From NCBI RefSeq assembly GCF_004010195.1, contig NC_057718.1, positions 76,599,057 through 76,640,054 of the forward strand: DNA of 40,998 bases. Reading direction: 5' to 3'. Shown in pieces: positions 21,401 to 34,031 of the stretch (within the stretch, counting starts at the first letter, position 1; every line of letters starts with the position of its first letter). Below the pieces are notes generated by a model. It did no database searches and was not told where the DNA came from. It saw nothing but the letters and a program-made list of their open reading frames with translations. Origin of the DNA: Chiloscyllium plagiosum. Taxonomy: Eukaryota. The position numbers and the translations under genes are program-made.

Positions 21401-24097
21401 AGGGACTTTGAAAGGCAAGGACAAAATGCCTTAGCCATACACCATTCCCACTCTGTCCATGCCAATTCATTGGGGAATTAGGATCACACACACACTAATG
21501 TGCCTGGTATATGATTGTCAATACAGTTACTTACCACATCGCACAGTAAATCTGAATATTTGAATATCTGAATGTTGGCTTGCTGTCACAACTTCATATT
21601 TCATCAGAATCAGCAGTAGTGTATGCATCCAATATGAGGCAGAGAGATTCCTGTGAATCTGCCCAGGCTAACACTTTTTAAGTGTTTCATCTTAACCAGA
21701 TCCTATCATCCAAACATGGCAAATAAAACAAAAAGATTACCTCCTCCCAAGTGATCTGAACATGAGGAAATCTGGACAGAAGTAAGTAGTGAGGGGTCAG
21801 GGCTCAAAAGACTTTAGACAGTTTAAAAGTCATTATTTAGATAAAGAGGGCCGACTAGCTTCAGAGCCTCCACATTTGGGGTTGTGTGCAAGTGGCCTTA
21901 CCATGACAACCCTAGAGACTAGCCAGTTCTGAGAATGGAGAATGATTCCATTCTCCATTCTCTAGCAGGTGATCAGGATGTGCCTATTTAGATGACAGTC
22001 TTCACTGAGGAACTTCAAATATTCTTGAACGTTAGAAAAGATAAGGATATTCTGGGAGCATCAGGAGCAAGGTCATAGATGTTTACTGTGCTATTCATAT
22101 ATTAATAAATATTCAGACCCCATTTACTCAAATGTTGCAATCAGGTCTCCCTAAAAGAAAATTTGGTTCTACATTGGCCGAAAAAGATAGCCATTTTAAA
22201 CAATTTCCAGTGAACTAGACATTAGAATAACTTGAAAGCCAGAGACTCCACATTTAGCCAATTTTAAACTGCAGTGGTGAGATTGAGAGTGCAAAACAGA
22301 TTGGGATTGGGTACAAGAGCTGTTGACTGCCAAGACATCTAATTAAATGGCTCACCTTACTCCTCTGAGACTTTGTTTGCTTGTATTTAAAGCCCTTGCT
22401 CCTCTCACTCCCCATCAAACTCTGTCTACTCCCCACACCACCTCCATGCCCTTCTTGGCTTCCATTATTCCCCTGCCCACCACCAATAGCCCTTTATATC
22501 TTTCTTGCCAACTCATTGCATTTTCATATTCATTCACACATTAAACTCTCTGAAGAAAACCATGAACCCTATTGTAACAACAAGAAAATTCTGCTATTGC
22601 ACCTCCATGCTCTCAATTAACCAGACCACTAAGTATCACAGAAACTGTAAGAACTTGACATCCCTTTGTCTTGTGCAAATAAACATTGAGCCATTGTTAA
22701 ACAAAATCACAGGGAAGAAAGTGATTTTTATAACATCCTAAAGGAAAGTTTTCACTTTTCTACACCTGTGGCAATAAAACTAAACCTTTTCTAGGAGTCT
22801 GGGTTTTCACCAACTTGAAGGTGGATGAGAGTTCATGGGCTGGGATAACAGTTTTGAAGGGCCTTGGAGGTGGGTGAGGAGCATGTCTGTGCATATGTGT
22901 CTTTTGACCTTGCCTTTCAAATTACCTGAATACAGACTTTGGCTAACAAATCCACTGAGGGTCCATGAACCACAAATCATAGAGAAGTCAATCCAACTCC
23001 AAGAAACTTGCATGGGTCTAGGAGATTACAACTCCGATTACGGAGCCAATCAGATCAGCAATATGGGTTCACAACCCACATCTGCATCTCCCACAACCAG
23101 GATTTGATGGTGCAAGGAAGGAGGGCCAGAAGCAGGTCCCATCAGCCATTTTTAAATGACTCCTGAGTTTTTCCAACTCTGTGAAAATCTGGCCCACATT
23201 CTAGGCCTGCAACCAGTGCAGTGCAACAAGACTGGCGCAGTTTTTCAAATGACATCTTAAAACTGTGTTCCATTTGCCTCAAGCTAGACATGAAGGCTTC
23301 CATGGTATTATTCAATGACAAGCAGGTTTGTTCTCTAAGTATCTTTGTTGGCATTGCTCCTTCAATCAACCTTTAAAAAAAAATGAGTCATTCATTTAAT
23401 TTACTTTCAAAGGATATTTACGCAGGTTGGCTGCTGTGCCTACTAAGTGATAGTGATTACACACCAAAGGAAATTGGTTGAAAAATACTTTGTGTTTACA
23501 CTTGAGCCATTATTTAAAAAAAATTAAAGTCCTAAGAATGATCTCAATACTTATGACACTATTGATTCTTTTATTCTGTTTTTTTTCAAATATGAGTGAA
23601 ATCACCCTGGTAAAAAATTGTGCTTCAAAACAAGTTAATGAGGAAGCAAGGATTTTGATGCGACAGATCAAAGATTACACAGCAATTGCAAGGAAGAGAA
23701 ATGTGCACTTCATTAGCATATCAATAACTGTAAATCCAACAGTTAAATAAGTTCCACCTTTTATTTGTCAGGGCTGCAACTGTATGTGCCTTTTAGTCAT
23801 CTGTTGCAAATAACTAAAATTCATTCTTTTTAAAATACTAAATAGGGTTACATAAAGCTTGCCTTGAATTGACATGAATGAAGTTAAAGACAGGCAAAGT
23901 TCACACTGAAAGAGCCCTTTACCAACCCCCTCCCACCTCCTCTGACAAAAAAACCTCCCTGTCCACTAATACAAGTGTAGCCTAGCCTGAGATTTGATCT
24001 TTGTTCCAGCTGGATTCCTCTGTTAGTTCAAGTTCCTTACACTTAGAGCTAAAACTCCACCTCTTCACTGACCAAAGTAAAATTCTACAATGCTGCC

Positions 24098-24121
24098 CCA
24101 TATAAGGAAGAGATGACATCA
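24098..24121 (+). promoter_or_regulatory. Perfect CArG box (SRF) overlapping GGAA, followed by CRE/AP-1-like TGACATCA
   Basis: CCATATAAGG at 24098-24107, GGAA at 24106-24109, TGACATCA at 24114-24121, in non-repetitive sequence. Confidence 0.35.
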
Positions 24122-26607
24122 TTAGTTCTTGGTTCAGGACTTCTATATACTGTAAAATTCACCTTTCATTGTCTAATGACATGGCTGGAATGTTATGGTT
24201 AATTCCTAGTGGGGCAGGGACCAGTGCCTGTTTGGTCTGTGAACACAGCAGAATGCAGTGAAAGCTTCTTAGGCGTGGAGTTAACTGTATCCTACCTCCA
24301 AGGTAAGAAAGGAGTTCTCATATTTTCCTCTCTCTCTTGCTTCGTGTTTAAGCTCTTATGCACTGGAGCTTGTAAGCAGATAAACTCACCTGGCAACTGT
24401 TTTTAACTATTTGGAGTTCTGTGGATATAACAGAATACAATACTAGTTACAGAGTATTTTTTGTTCTGGGATTAATGTTCATTTGCTGTGTTATTTGCAA
24501 GGAGTAAGCAAATGCCCTCAATTTACTTGTCTATACAGTTTTAATGTGGGATCTCGAGATGTTCTCTTTTCTTTCACAGCTCTGCACTCACTCAAGCATG
24601 GTGACTTCATGCTGAGAATCAGAGGGGAGAACATTTGTTTAATCTAAACCTCCTTTGTTCCTTAATATTTTTCAGATGCTCTTCCCAATGTTCACAATAT
24701 TCTATTGTGTTTTTACTTTTTCTAAAAGGTTTTCTCATTTAGTTTGCTGTGTTGTTAGAATCCCAGTCTCTGACTCTCTCTCTCATGCACACACATGCAA
24801 CTGATGGAAGTTTGCTTTAAAAGAGGGGGGGAGGATGGAGGAGAGAAGAAGACACTCAGTTTACCATTAATTCTGGAAAATGCTTCAAAGCTAAGACTAT
24901 TTAATTGAAGACTTAAAATTATTGCAATGTGTATTGATCAAGTAATTACTTGTCAATGTGTATTCTTATTGGGTGTATTCTTATTGTGATTGCCTGTCTG
25001 CATAGTGTAAGTGAGTGTGAGGTAATTTTTAAATATTAATAGCAATGATTAAGGTAAGATTGCAGCCTGAGCCAGATGTTTTACTGCATGGTGCCCAACT
25101 GAGGCAAAATTGATCGGTCTTAAATTCTTTTTCTAGCTTGTGTTGGTTCAAATAAAAGTAGCTGCAACCAAGTATATGTTGAAGTAAAATGGCCTTCTTA
25201 TTTTTTAAAAAATTATTAGTAGTTAACTTGGATAATTCTGAGTATGAATGCTGACTCCAATTTGAAGGGGTTTTACATTTGAAAGGGTATTGTAACTACC
25301 AGATTTCTTGAACTCTCACTGCTCAGTTGTCAAAGATTAGCATTGCAACTGGTTTTACTAACTACTATTGGGTTATCATTAAATTCCCTGGCCTTAATTC
25401 TCACCCCACAAACTTCCCAAGCTACCCTGCAATCCCCCCTTTCAGTTTTGAATATTGAATTTCTTTCCCACCAACTGGGTTTTAGAGCTGTGGCATTGGT
25501 AAAATGGGTAAACAAAGTAGACTGTGGGAGATTTTGCATGAATGTAGTAGAGCTCTATTTGAGTGCTACCTTCACTGAGAGTTTCATAACTCTGAGAAAG
25601 ATAGTTCAGTAAACCTGGTCCGACACATGCAAAAACAGAGTCAGCAAAGTTGTGTGCAATTCTTGCTGATTCTCATGCTCTGTCACCATGCTTTACAATT
25701 CAGATTTTCTATTAAGTGTGTGTTCAGGAAAGCATTTCTTTTATTTGTAAACAAAACATTTTGATTATACCAATGCTCCAAAAAATTCCAGTGGCATTTA
25801 CGTTGAGGTCTGTTTTTGACTGTAAGAGTCGCACTGTCACTGCAAACTGTAGGACCCCGGCTTTAACTCAAAGCAGTGGTGATTGTGGAAGACTGTCACT
25901 CAGCTGTGATTTCAGGTTGTTAACCAGCCAATTCATGGTTAGCATATAGCCTCTGAAGTTGCAACCAAAAAGAAGCACTCCAGTTGATAGAAACAGAAGC
26001 TGAACTCTCAGGTAAGGGACAAACCTCTCCAGAATACTCTCCCTACGGTTGTCATGAACTTAAGTAATGTGCTTGGTAGTCAGGCCACAAAGTGTAAGAA
26101 AACATGCCTATGGGGTATTCTCAGTTGGCAGGCAGTACCAGGTTGCTACATTTTTGTCTATGTGCTTCTCAGGACTTGGATGCTGAAACTTCCCGTTAGC
26201 TGTTGACACATAGGCCTTAATGTGAAATGGTTATTTGCAGCTTGTGTGAAAGTAGTCCCTTCAGACCCTTCTGGGAAAATGGCCCATGGTGGGATAGAGC
26301 TGGTGAACTGCTGGACCTGATGGGACCTTAAAAAGGCAGATCTAAATTTGTGTAAATTGGAGCAATTTGTACTAGTCTTGGTAATTGTATTTAAGAGGTG
26401 TAAAAGAATGGATGGACAATCCCATAGTTGTAACTCAACCACACAATGGCATCACATAGTTTCTCTCATTTCAGAAATAGGCCAGACACAATGTGCCTCA
26501 TGATCCTCAATTTGTTCTCATACAATGTGGTGAAGTTGGCTACATGCCTATATTATTCCAGCAATTTTGCTGTGCCTAAAATCTAGACCACAATCATGTT
26601 CAGTAAG

Positions 26608-26803
26608 AAATCATAGAATCCCTACAGTGCAGAAAGAGGCCATTTGGCCTCTTGAGTCCTGCACTATCCCTCTGAAGAGCATTCTCCCAGACTAGCCCTC
26701 ACTTTATCCCCATAACCCTGCATTTACTTTGGCTAATCCATATCACTAGACACTACAGGGCAATTTCACATGGCCAATCCACCTAACCTGCACATCTTTG
26801 GAA
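26608..26803 (-). mobile_element. HE1-type SINE 3' portion
   Basis: atcatagaatccctacagtg...tggccaatccacctaacctgcacatctttgg is the reverse complement of the HE1 body and tail. Confidence 0.8.
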
Positions 26804-27045
26804 GACTGCAACTTTGGGGCCTGAATTTTCAGTCCTGTGCTGGGTGCACAATGGAAAACATATCCAAGATCTATGAACCCAACCTATAATATCAGCTGCT
26901 TTATGTTGGTCCGATGGTGTGGGATTGGGGCAGGTGGATGCTGGATTATAAATTGGGCAACTGAAGCTGTAGCCAGGTACAGAGGCTGGCTTGCAGGAAC
27001 GCTTCCCTCAGGGATTTCGCACAGTGTCCAAAGTTTAAAAAGTCG

Positions 27046-28085
27046 CAGGGTCATAGATTCATACAGCATGGAAAGAGACACTTCAGTCCAATTCATCTGC
27101 GCCGACCAGACATCCCAAAGTGACCCAATCCCATTTGCTAGAATTTGGTCCATATCCCTCTAAACTCTTCCTGTTCATATACCCATCCAGATGGCTTTTA
27201 AATATTGTAATTGTAGCGGCTTCCACCACTTCCTCTAGCAGCTCATTCCATACGTGCACCATCCTCTCTGCATGAAAATGTTACTCCTCAGGTCCTTTTT
27301 AAATCTTTCCCCTCACCTTAAACCTATGCCCTCTAGTTTTGGACTCTCCCACCCTGGGGAAAAAAGCCCTTGACTATTCACCCTATCTTTACCCCTCATG
27401 ATTTTTATGACCATCTGTAAGGTTACCTCTCAGCCTCCACCACTCCAGGGAAAATAGCAGCAACCTATTCAGCCTCTCCCTATAACTCCAAGCTTCCAGT
27501 CCCAGCAACATCCTAGTCAATATTTTCTGCACCCTCTCAGGTTTAATAGACAATAGACAATAGATGCAGGAGTAGGCCATTCAGCCCTTCGAGCCTGCAC
27601 CGCCATTCAATATGATCATGGCTGATCATTCCTCACCCATCAGCAGAAACATGTTTCCTGCCTCCAGAGTGTCCAATCCTTTCGTAAATCTTATACATCT
27701 CAATCAGATCCCTCTCAGTCTTCTAAACTCAAGGGTATACAAGCCCAGTCGCTTCAGTCTTTCAGTGTAAGGTAATCCCGCCATTCCAGGAATTGACCTC
27801 GTGAACCTACGCTGCACTCCCTCAATAGCCAGAATGTCTTTCCTCAAATTTAACAATAGTCTTCATATAGAAGGCAAACCAGAATTGTATGCAGTATTCC
27901 AAAATTGGCCTCATTATTGTCCTGTACAGCCACAACATAAAGTCCCAACTCCTATACTCAATGTTCTGACTAATGAAGGCAAGCAAGCCAAATGCCTTCT
28001 TCACTTACACTGTCTATCTGTAACTCCACTTTCAAGGAACTATACACTTGCACCCATAGGTTTCTTTGTTTGGCAACACTCCCCA
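27046..28085 (-). mobile_element. CR1/HER1 LINE 3' fragment with a second CR1 3' fragment nested at about 27547-27848
   Basis: ORFs ERVQKILTRMLLGLE and KKAFGLLAFISQNIEYRSW. The nested piece starts with a (tagacaa)n tail and is flanked by TTTAA at 27542-27546 and 27849-27853. Confidence 0.85.
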
Positions 28086-28497
28086 CATGAAATATTCCAA
28101 CAGCTATCACTGCCACACACTCCTCATTCCTCCACACACTGCATTTTTCATCCATACCAAACCATGCCACCTCATGAACACAACCACCCCCATGGACCCC
28201 TTGCTGAGGCATGCCCTTCCCCCAATCAACCTCAATGGCCCTTTGTACCAAGCTATTCCTCCTACGCACTTCCTATGGCCTCATTTACCTCAATGCCAAA
28301 AGGTATGCCCTTCATTCCCTTTTGTGGTCCTTTATAGCCGCCATGCAAACTTAGTGCCATCTCATACTCCCCACGAACCAATGTTTGCCCTTACATCTAC
28401 CATGTCAACTGACCAACAACAGACTGATACAGAGCTGCGATAAAATAAAGTTCAATAAAATAAGTTGCTCTGGTCTGAATCAGTTTGAGAGAGACCA

Positions 28498-28772
28498 GAG
28501 TGGCATGGTGGCACAGTGGTTAGCACTGCTACCTCACACTACCAGAGTCCTGGGTTTAATTCCTGCCTCAGGCAACTGTCTGTGTGGAGTTTGCACATTC
28601 TCCCCGTGTTCGCGTGGGTTTCCTCCGAGTGCTCCGGTTTGCTCCCACATTTCCAAAAATGTGCAGGTTAGGTGAATTGGCTAAATTACCCGTAGTGTTA
28701 AGTGTAGGGGGATGGGTCGGTGTGGACTTGTTGGGCTGAAGGATCTGTTTCCACACTGTAAGTAATCTAATC
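28498..28772 (+). mobile_element. HE1-type V-SINE, near full length
   Basis: A-box TGGCACAGTGG (28509-28519), B-box GGTTTAATTCC (28553-28563), V-domain gtgtggagtttgcacattctccccgtg...gggtttcctcc, and a (taatc) tail. Confidence 0.9.
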
Positions 28773-28774
28773 AA

Positions 28775-30300
28775 TTACCTCAACTTAAACAAGGGCATTT
28801 ACAGAGGAATGAAGAAAGAGTATCTAATGTGAAAATAGATTAATGGGAAGATCAATAAATGAACAGTGAGACATTTAAGCAAATGTTTTATAACAGTCAG
28901 GAAAAAATTATTTTGGTCAAAAAGAAGGACTTGATGGGAAGTATGAACCATCCATCATTAACATGTGCATTCAAGGAGAACCTCGAAACAACAATTAAGG
29001 CAATGCAAAGCCAATGCAATGGTAGGCCAGAAGATTGGGAATTTTGGGAACTAGCAGTAGATGGCCAAAAAGGCAATAAAAAGGGAGAAAACTATTTATG
29101 AAAGTAAATTGGCAGGAAATATAAAAAGAATCAGAGCTTCTGCAGATTTCAAAAAAGAGAATAGCTAATGTGATTGTGGAGAATGCAACTGGGGAATTGA
29201 TAAAAAAGGAATAGCGAAAATGATAGATAATGGCAGGTTAGGTTTATTTACCTTGGAAAGAGAAGGCTGAGGGGAATAGCTGCTTGAGATATACAAAATT
29301 ATTAGAGGCATAAAGTAGATCATGAGAATCTTTTTTCCCATGGCAGGAGTGTCTAAGACCAGAAAGTATATGTTTAAAGTGAGGAATACGTAGTTTAGAG
29401 GAGCTCTGAGAAAAAAAATCTTTTCACCTAGACGTGGTGAAAATATGGAACATGCTGCCTGACACGGTGGTGAAGTCAGGTATTCTCACAACATTTTAAG
29501 AAGCATCTGGTTATAGTAGGCTACGACCCGAATGGAGGTAAATGGAATTAGTGCTGTTTGGTGTTCGTTGGTCAGCATAGATATGGTGAGCCAAAAGGCT
29601 TGTTTCTATGCTGAGTGGCTGTATAACTCTATGATTTAAACTAATACTTTTCATGGGTCTTCATGGTGGTAGACATCAGAAATATCACAGATATATTCGA
29701 TCAGTTCATTAAAGCTAACAATCTCAATCATGAGGGTCAACGTATTTGATAAAATAACAGGATGAAAGGTAAACAACTTGCCAGGACCTGATGGCCTGCA
29801 TCTAAGGCCTTTAAAAGAAATGGCTACAGAATTGGTGGAGATATTGATTGAGTATTCTGGAACTCACTGGATTCCAGAAGGGATCTGCAGTTCAGAAAAC
29901 CACTAACTTGATGCTCCTGTTCAAGAAGGGACGGAGACAGAAAGCAGGAAACCGTAGGCCAGTCAGTTGAACAAGCTGTTGTTGTGAAAAAACTAGAATT
30001 CATTATTAAAGAAGAAACAGAAGGACATTTAGAGAAGCATAACATAATCAAACAATCAACGTGGGTTGTGAAAGGGAAATTATGTCTGACAAATTTGCTA
30101 GAGTTGTTTGAGGATATAACAAGCAGAGTTGATAAAGAGAAACTGGTAAATGTAGTGTAATCTTCAGAACGCACTTGATAATATGCCACATAAAAGGTTA
30201 TTACACAAGTTAGGAGCTCACAATACTGGGGTAATATATTAGGATTGAGGATCAGTTAACACATAGAAGTCAGTAGGGCCTTTTTCAGGTTGGAAGGTTA
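28775..30300 (+). mobile_element. Degenerate CR1 LINE pieces, including a nested CR1 3' end at about 29235-29635
   Basis: Decayed PGPDGLHLR and KGKLCLTNLLELFEDIT motifs. Nested 3' UTR ends gtataactctatga. Confidence 0.75.
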
Positions 30301-30309
30301 TCTAAAATT

Positions 30310-31143
30310 ACAAAGGAAGCTTAATCAATTGGGCCAATGGACAAAGGAGTGGCAGATGGAGTTTAATTTAGATAAATGTGAGGTATTACATTTCGGTAAA
30401 ACAAATGAGGACAGGACTTATACAATTAACGGTAGAGCGCTGGAGAGTGTTGTCAAATAGAGAGAGCTAGGGGTTCAGGTACACAGTTTGTTGAAATTTG
30501 TATCACAGATAGACAGAATGGTAAGGAAGATATTTGCCTTCATTGCTTAGAATATAGGAATTACAAGACGTTGGTGAGGCCACCTTTGGAGTGCTGTGTA
30601 CTGTTCTGGTTGCTGTGTGACAGTAAGGATATTACTAAGTTGGAGAGGATGCAGAAAAGATTTACATGAATGTTACTGGGACTGGAGGGTTTGAGTTACA
30701 AAGAGAGGCTAGATAAGCTGGGACTTGTTCACTGGAGCATAGTAGATTGAGGAGTGACCTTATGGAGATTAATAAAATCATAAGGAGCATAAATAAGGTG
30801 AATGGCAAGGCGGTGCTTCCCCTAGGGTTGGGGTGTTCAAAACTAGAGGGCATAATTTTGAGGTGAGAGGAGAAAGATTTTAAAAGGATCTGAGGGGTAA
30901 CTTTATCACATAGAGGGCAGTTCGTTTGTGGAATGAATTACCAGAAGATGTGGTCGATGCAGGTACTTTTACAACATTGAAAAGGCATTTGGACAGGTAC
31001 ATGAATATGAAAGGTTCACAGGGATATGGGCCAAATGCAGATAAGTAGGACTAGTTTAGTTTGGGAAACTTGATTGGCATGGACGAGTTGGACTGAAGGG
31101 TCTGTTTCTGTGGTATATGACTTTGACTGTATGACTCTATGAC
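30310..31143 (+). mobile_element. CR1/HER1 LINE 3' fragment
   Basis: WQMEFNLDKCEVLHFG, LVRPPLECCVLFW, KLERMQKRF, and tail tgactgtatgactctatgac. Confidence 0.9.
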
Positions 31144-31620
31144 CCTGCCAGCCCGATCAAAGCTGAGTAATTTGGTCAGTAAAGTCTCAGCCATCTGCAG
31201 GAATACCCATCAGTATTGGAAGAAAGTCACTGACCTTCTGTGCTCTACCAGGTGAAGTGCTACTATCTTCTCTCTACTACCTCAAAATCACTTTGTCTTT
31301 GCTCCTGCACCCATGTCCTTCCAAGACTCATGTTCTATCACTCTCACTATTGCATGCAACATCTTCCCTTACTTGTTCCTACTCACACAGTACTCCAACA
31401 CCACTAACCCTGCATTTCCTTTCTTCTGTCAACGCACTTACTTGAAGCATCTCCTCACTTTCTTCCACCTGCACTAATATTAATAGCTGTGCTTCCCATA
31501 TATATCACTTAATCCTTTATTACAGTTGGGCAGAAAGAGCTAAGACAGGTGGTCGGCTGCATAATATTTGGCTCTTCACCCCAAGCCAGCAGAGAATTAT
31601 GAACCTGATTGCTGAGTGCC
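31142..31620 (+). pseudogene. Decayed Myb/SANT-like (Harbinger/NAIF1-type) gene fragment with an intron
   Basis: 31142-31251 translates TLPARSKLSNLVSKVSAICRNTHQYWKKVTDLLCST. 31527-31616 translates WAERAKTGGRLHNIWLFTPSQQRIMNLIAE. The two are separated by a pyrimidine-rich GT...AG segment (31252-31525). Confidence 0.5.
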
Positions 31621-32059
31621 AAAGCCCCTGGACTGATGCCTGAGGATGACGTTGACTACCATGCAGTGATTAAGGGGTATCTCTATTGACGTGACTGAAC
31701 ACTGCTCTCCTAAGACTTTGAGACATGGCCATTTGCTTGAAGCACATGCTGGAATATGATAAAAATGTGGGACTGATATAGCACAGTGCTGTATACCAAC
31801 ACGTCAACTCCCTCAACTGATGACTGTTGACAGCCATAATGAGTTCCCTGTTTTTGTGTCTATGCTAAAAGGCAAGTTGAGACATAAGTTCTATGCTCCT
31901 ATTACCTCTGGCTAAGAGGGTCGTGTTAAAAGGTAAAGCAAGGCAGAGATGTTGTGAGTATCCAGATAAGTGTTAAGGAATTGAGTACTTAGAAAGCAAA
32001 CGAGTAGCCCTGAGATATAGTCTGTTCCAAACCATGAGCTGTCACGTTTGACAGTAAGA

Positions 32060-32960
32060 GCCTCTTTAAATATATAAAAGGGAAGACAGAAGCCAAAGTG
32101 AACATAGCACTTTAAGAATGAGGCTGGGGAAATAATAATGAGGAACCAGGAAAAAGCAGAGGAATTGAATAATTATTTTGTGTCAGTCTTCAAAATAGAA
32201 GACACCAATGGCATTGCAAAAATTACTAAATATGCAAGGGACAAAGGAGAAGAAACAAAAACAATAACTATTGCTCAAGAAAATGTGTTCAGGAAATTAA
32301 TGGGACTAAAGATGGTTAAGTCCCCTGGACTTGATGGGATGCATATTAGAATATTAAAGGGAATAGCTGCAGTGATAGTGAATACACTGTAGTAATTTTC
32401 AGGGATCCTTAGATTCTGGAAAAGTCCCAGAGGATTAGAAAGCTACCCATTATAAAACCTTTATTTAAAAAGGGAAAGAGACAGAAAACAAAACTGTGCC
32501 ATTAAGTTGACATTGCATCTATCTATCCCTCCTATTAAAATGCATCACCTAATACACATCTTTATTATATCTTGTCTGCTCATTTTTTCAATAACGTTGT
32601 AAGTGATTTGTATCATCCTCACTGTTTTCCACACTTCCAAGTTCAGTATCATTAGTAAATGTTGAAACTCTACTCAGTATTCCAAGATAAAAACGTTTAT
32701 ACACAGCAAAAATAGTAGTTTTCCTAACATAGACCCTTGGGGAACACTAATGTTCATGATCTTTCAGTCTGAAAAACAACCTTTTACCAGAACTAGTTTT
32801 CTTTACTTAATTCTTTTTTGCAACTGGAGTATCCCATGAGCCTCAATTTGGTAAAGCAGACATTTAAAAAGTACACTGTCAAAGCTCTCTTAAAATCCAT
32901 TATCTGACAACTTCTAATATATTCCCTTCATTAACCTTTTTTGTTATTTCTCAAAAAGTT
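32060..32960. mobile_element. Two decayed CR1 fragments in opposite orientation (+ at 32060-32490, - at about 32495-32960)
   Basis: ORF AEELNNYFVSVF...KSPGLDGMHIRILK on +. gacccttggggaacact (VPQGS on the minus strand) near 32733-32749. Confidence 0.7.
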
Positions 32961-33039
32961 CCAGTTCTAAATGCTCTCAGGCACATGTGAACTGGAAACC
33001 ACACCAAAGCAAATTAACAACCATCTTTTAACTAGTTAC

Positions 33040-33929
33040 TGTTGTGAAGTTGGTGTTTGTAAAATTATAAAAATGTTAAAATGGAAAAAAGCTTTACATG
33101 GTCCCTTTAAAAGATGGTGTTTCTATGGTGCTTAGTTAAAATGAATGTCTGTGAGCTGCTTTCACGTTTGCAGAAACAGGGAGAGCCAGAATTCATACAT
33201 CTTGTATCAAGAGGCCAAGCAGTAGTTTTATCAAGACTTTTTTTTAATTTAGCGAATCAATTTAATTAAGCCCTTAGCTACAAAAAACCTATTAAAATTA
33301 AATCTGATGATTTTGACAACCGAGGACCGAACCAATTGTAAAAATATTGATAGGTCATCAAGGGTATAAAAGATGAGGGCATTTGGAAAATTGGGGAGCC
33401 AATTGCCACCTGCTAAGAGATAACAGCTCTCAGTTCTTATAGAAAGCACCATCTTTTAACCATGGTACCGCAGAACACCAGCGAAGGTCCTGATAGACAA
33501 ATCTACAGAGAAAGTATTCCGACAGAAGAATCAGCAGAGAAGACACAGAAAGTTCTGGAAGACACATAACCTGACTACAATTTCGATAGACTAAATGCTA
33601 TTGTTTTGTTTTATAAGTGGAATTTGTATCTATTGGAGCAGCATACCATTGGAATCTAGCGTTATTGAGGAATAGCGAGTAATTAGAGGAGAATTGTTCA
33701 GTCTGCTAAAAGTTGTTAATTTGCTCACTGTTAGTTAGATTAATAAATTGTTAGTTGTGGATTGTAAAGTGAGCATAAGCGATTTCTTTTACACACCACT
33801 AAAAGTTGCTGAAAAAATGGATTGCACCCCTTCTCACACTCCTTTTAACAGATTTATAGGGTGATGCACTCCCTTTGGGTGAGTTGGTTTTAGTTCTCAG
33901 AGGAGGGGGTCAATGTCAGCTTTATAACA
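33040..33929 (+). mobile_element. Solo LTR (890 bp), probably Gypsy/Ty3
   Basis: TG...CA termini with imperfect inverted ends TGTTGTGAAG / CTTTATAACA. 4-bp TSD TTAC at 33036-33039 and 33930-33933. TATAAAA at 33365 and AATAAA at 33742. Confidence 0.8.
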
Positions 33930-33996
33930 TTACACAATTCACAGTTAAAAATCACACAACACCAGGTTTATAGTCCAACAGGTTTAATTGGAAGCA

Positions 33997-34031
33997 CACT
34001 AGCTTTCGGAGCATCGCACCTTCATCAGGTG
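33997..34031 (-). ncRNA. Minimal hammerhead ribozyme motif (PLE family B), left arm
   Basis: CAC-CUGAUGA-A-GGUGC-GAU-GCUCC-GAAA-GC-UA-GUG, with one U.U mismatch in stem II. Confidence 0.62.

Noticed and set aside
21533..21650. Possible minus-strand exon ending GTG|GTAAGT
   Set aside because: The acceptor is weak and the single open frame gives no recognisable peptide.
28498..28575. tRNA gene
   Set aside because: The A and B boxes belong to a SINE head continuing into the V-domain, with no complete cloverleaf. The same applies to 7773-7889.
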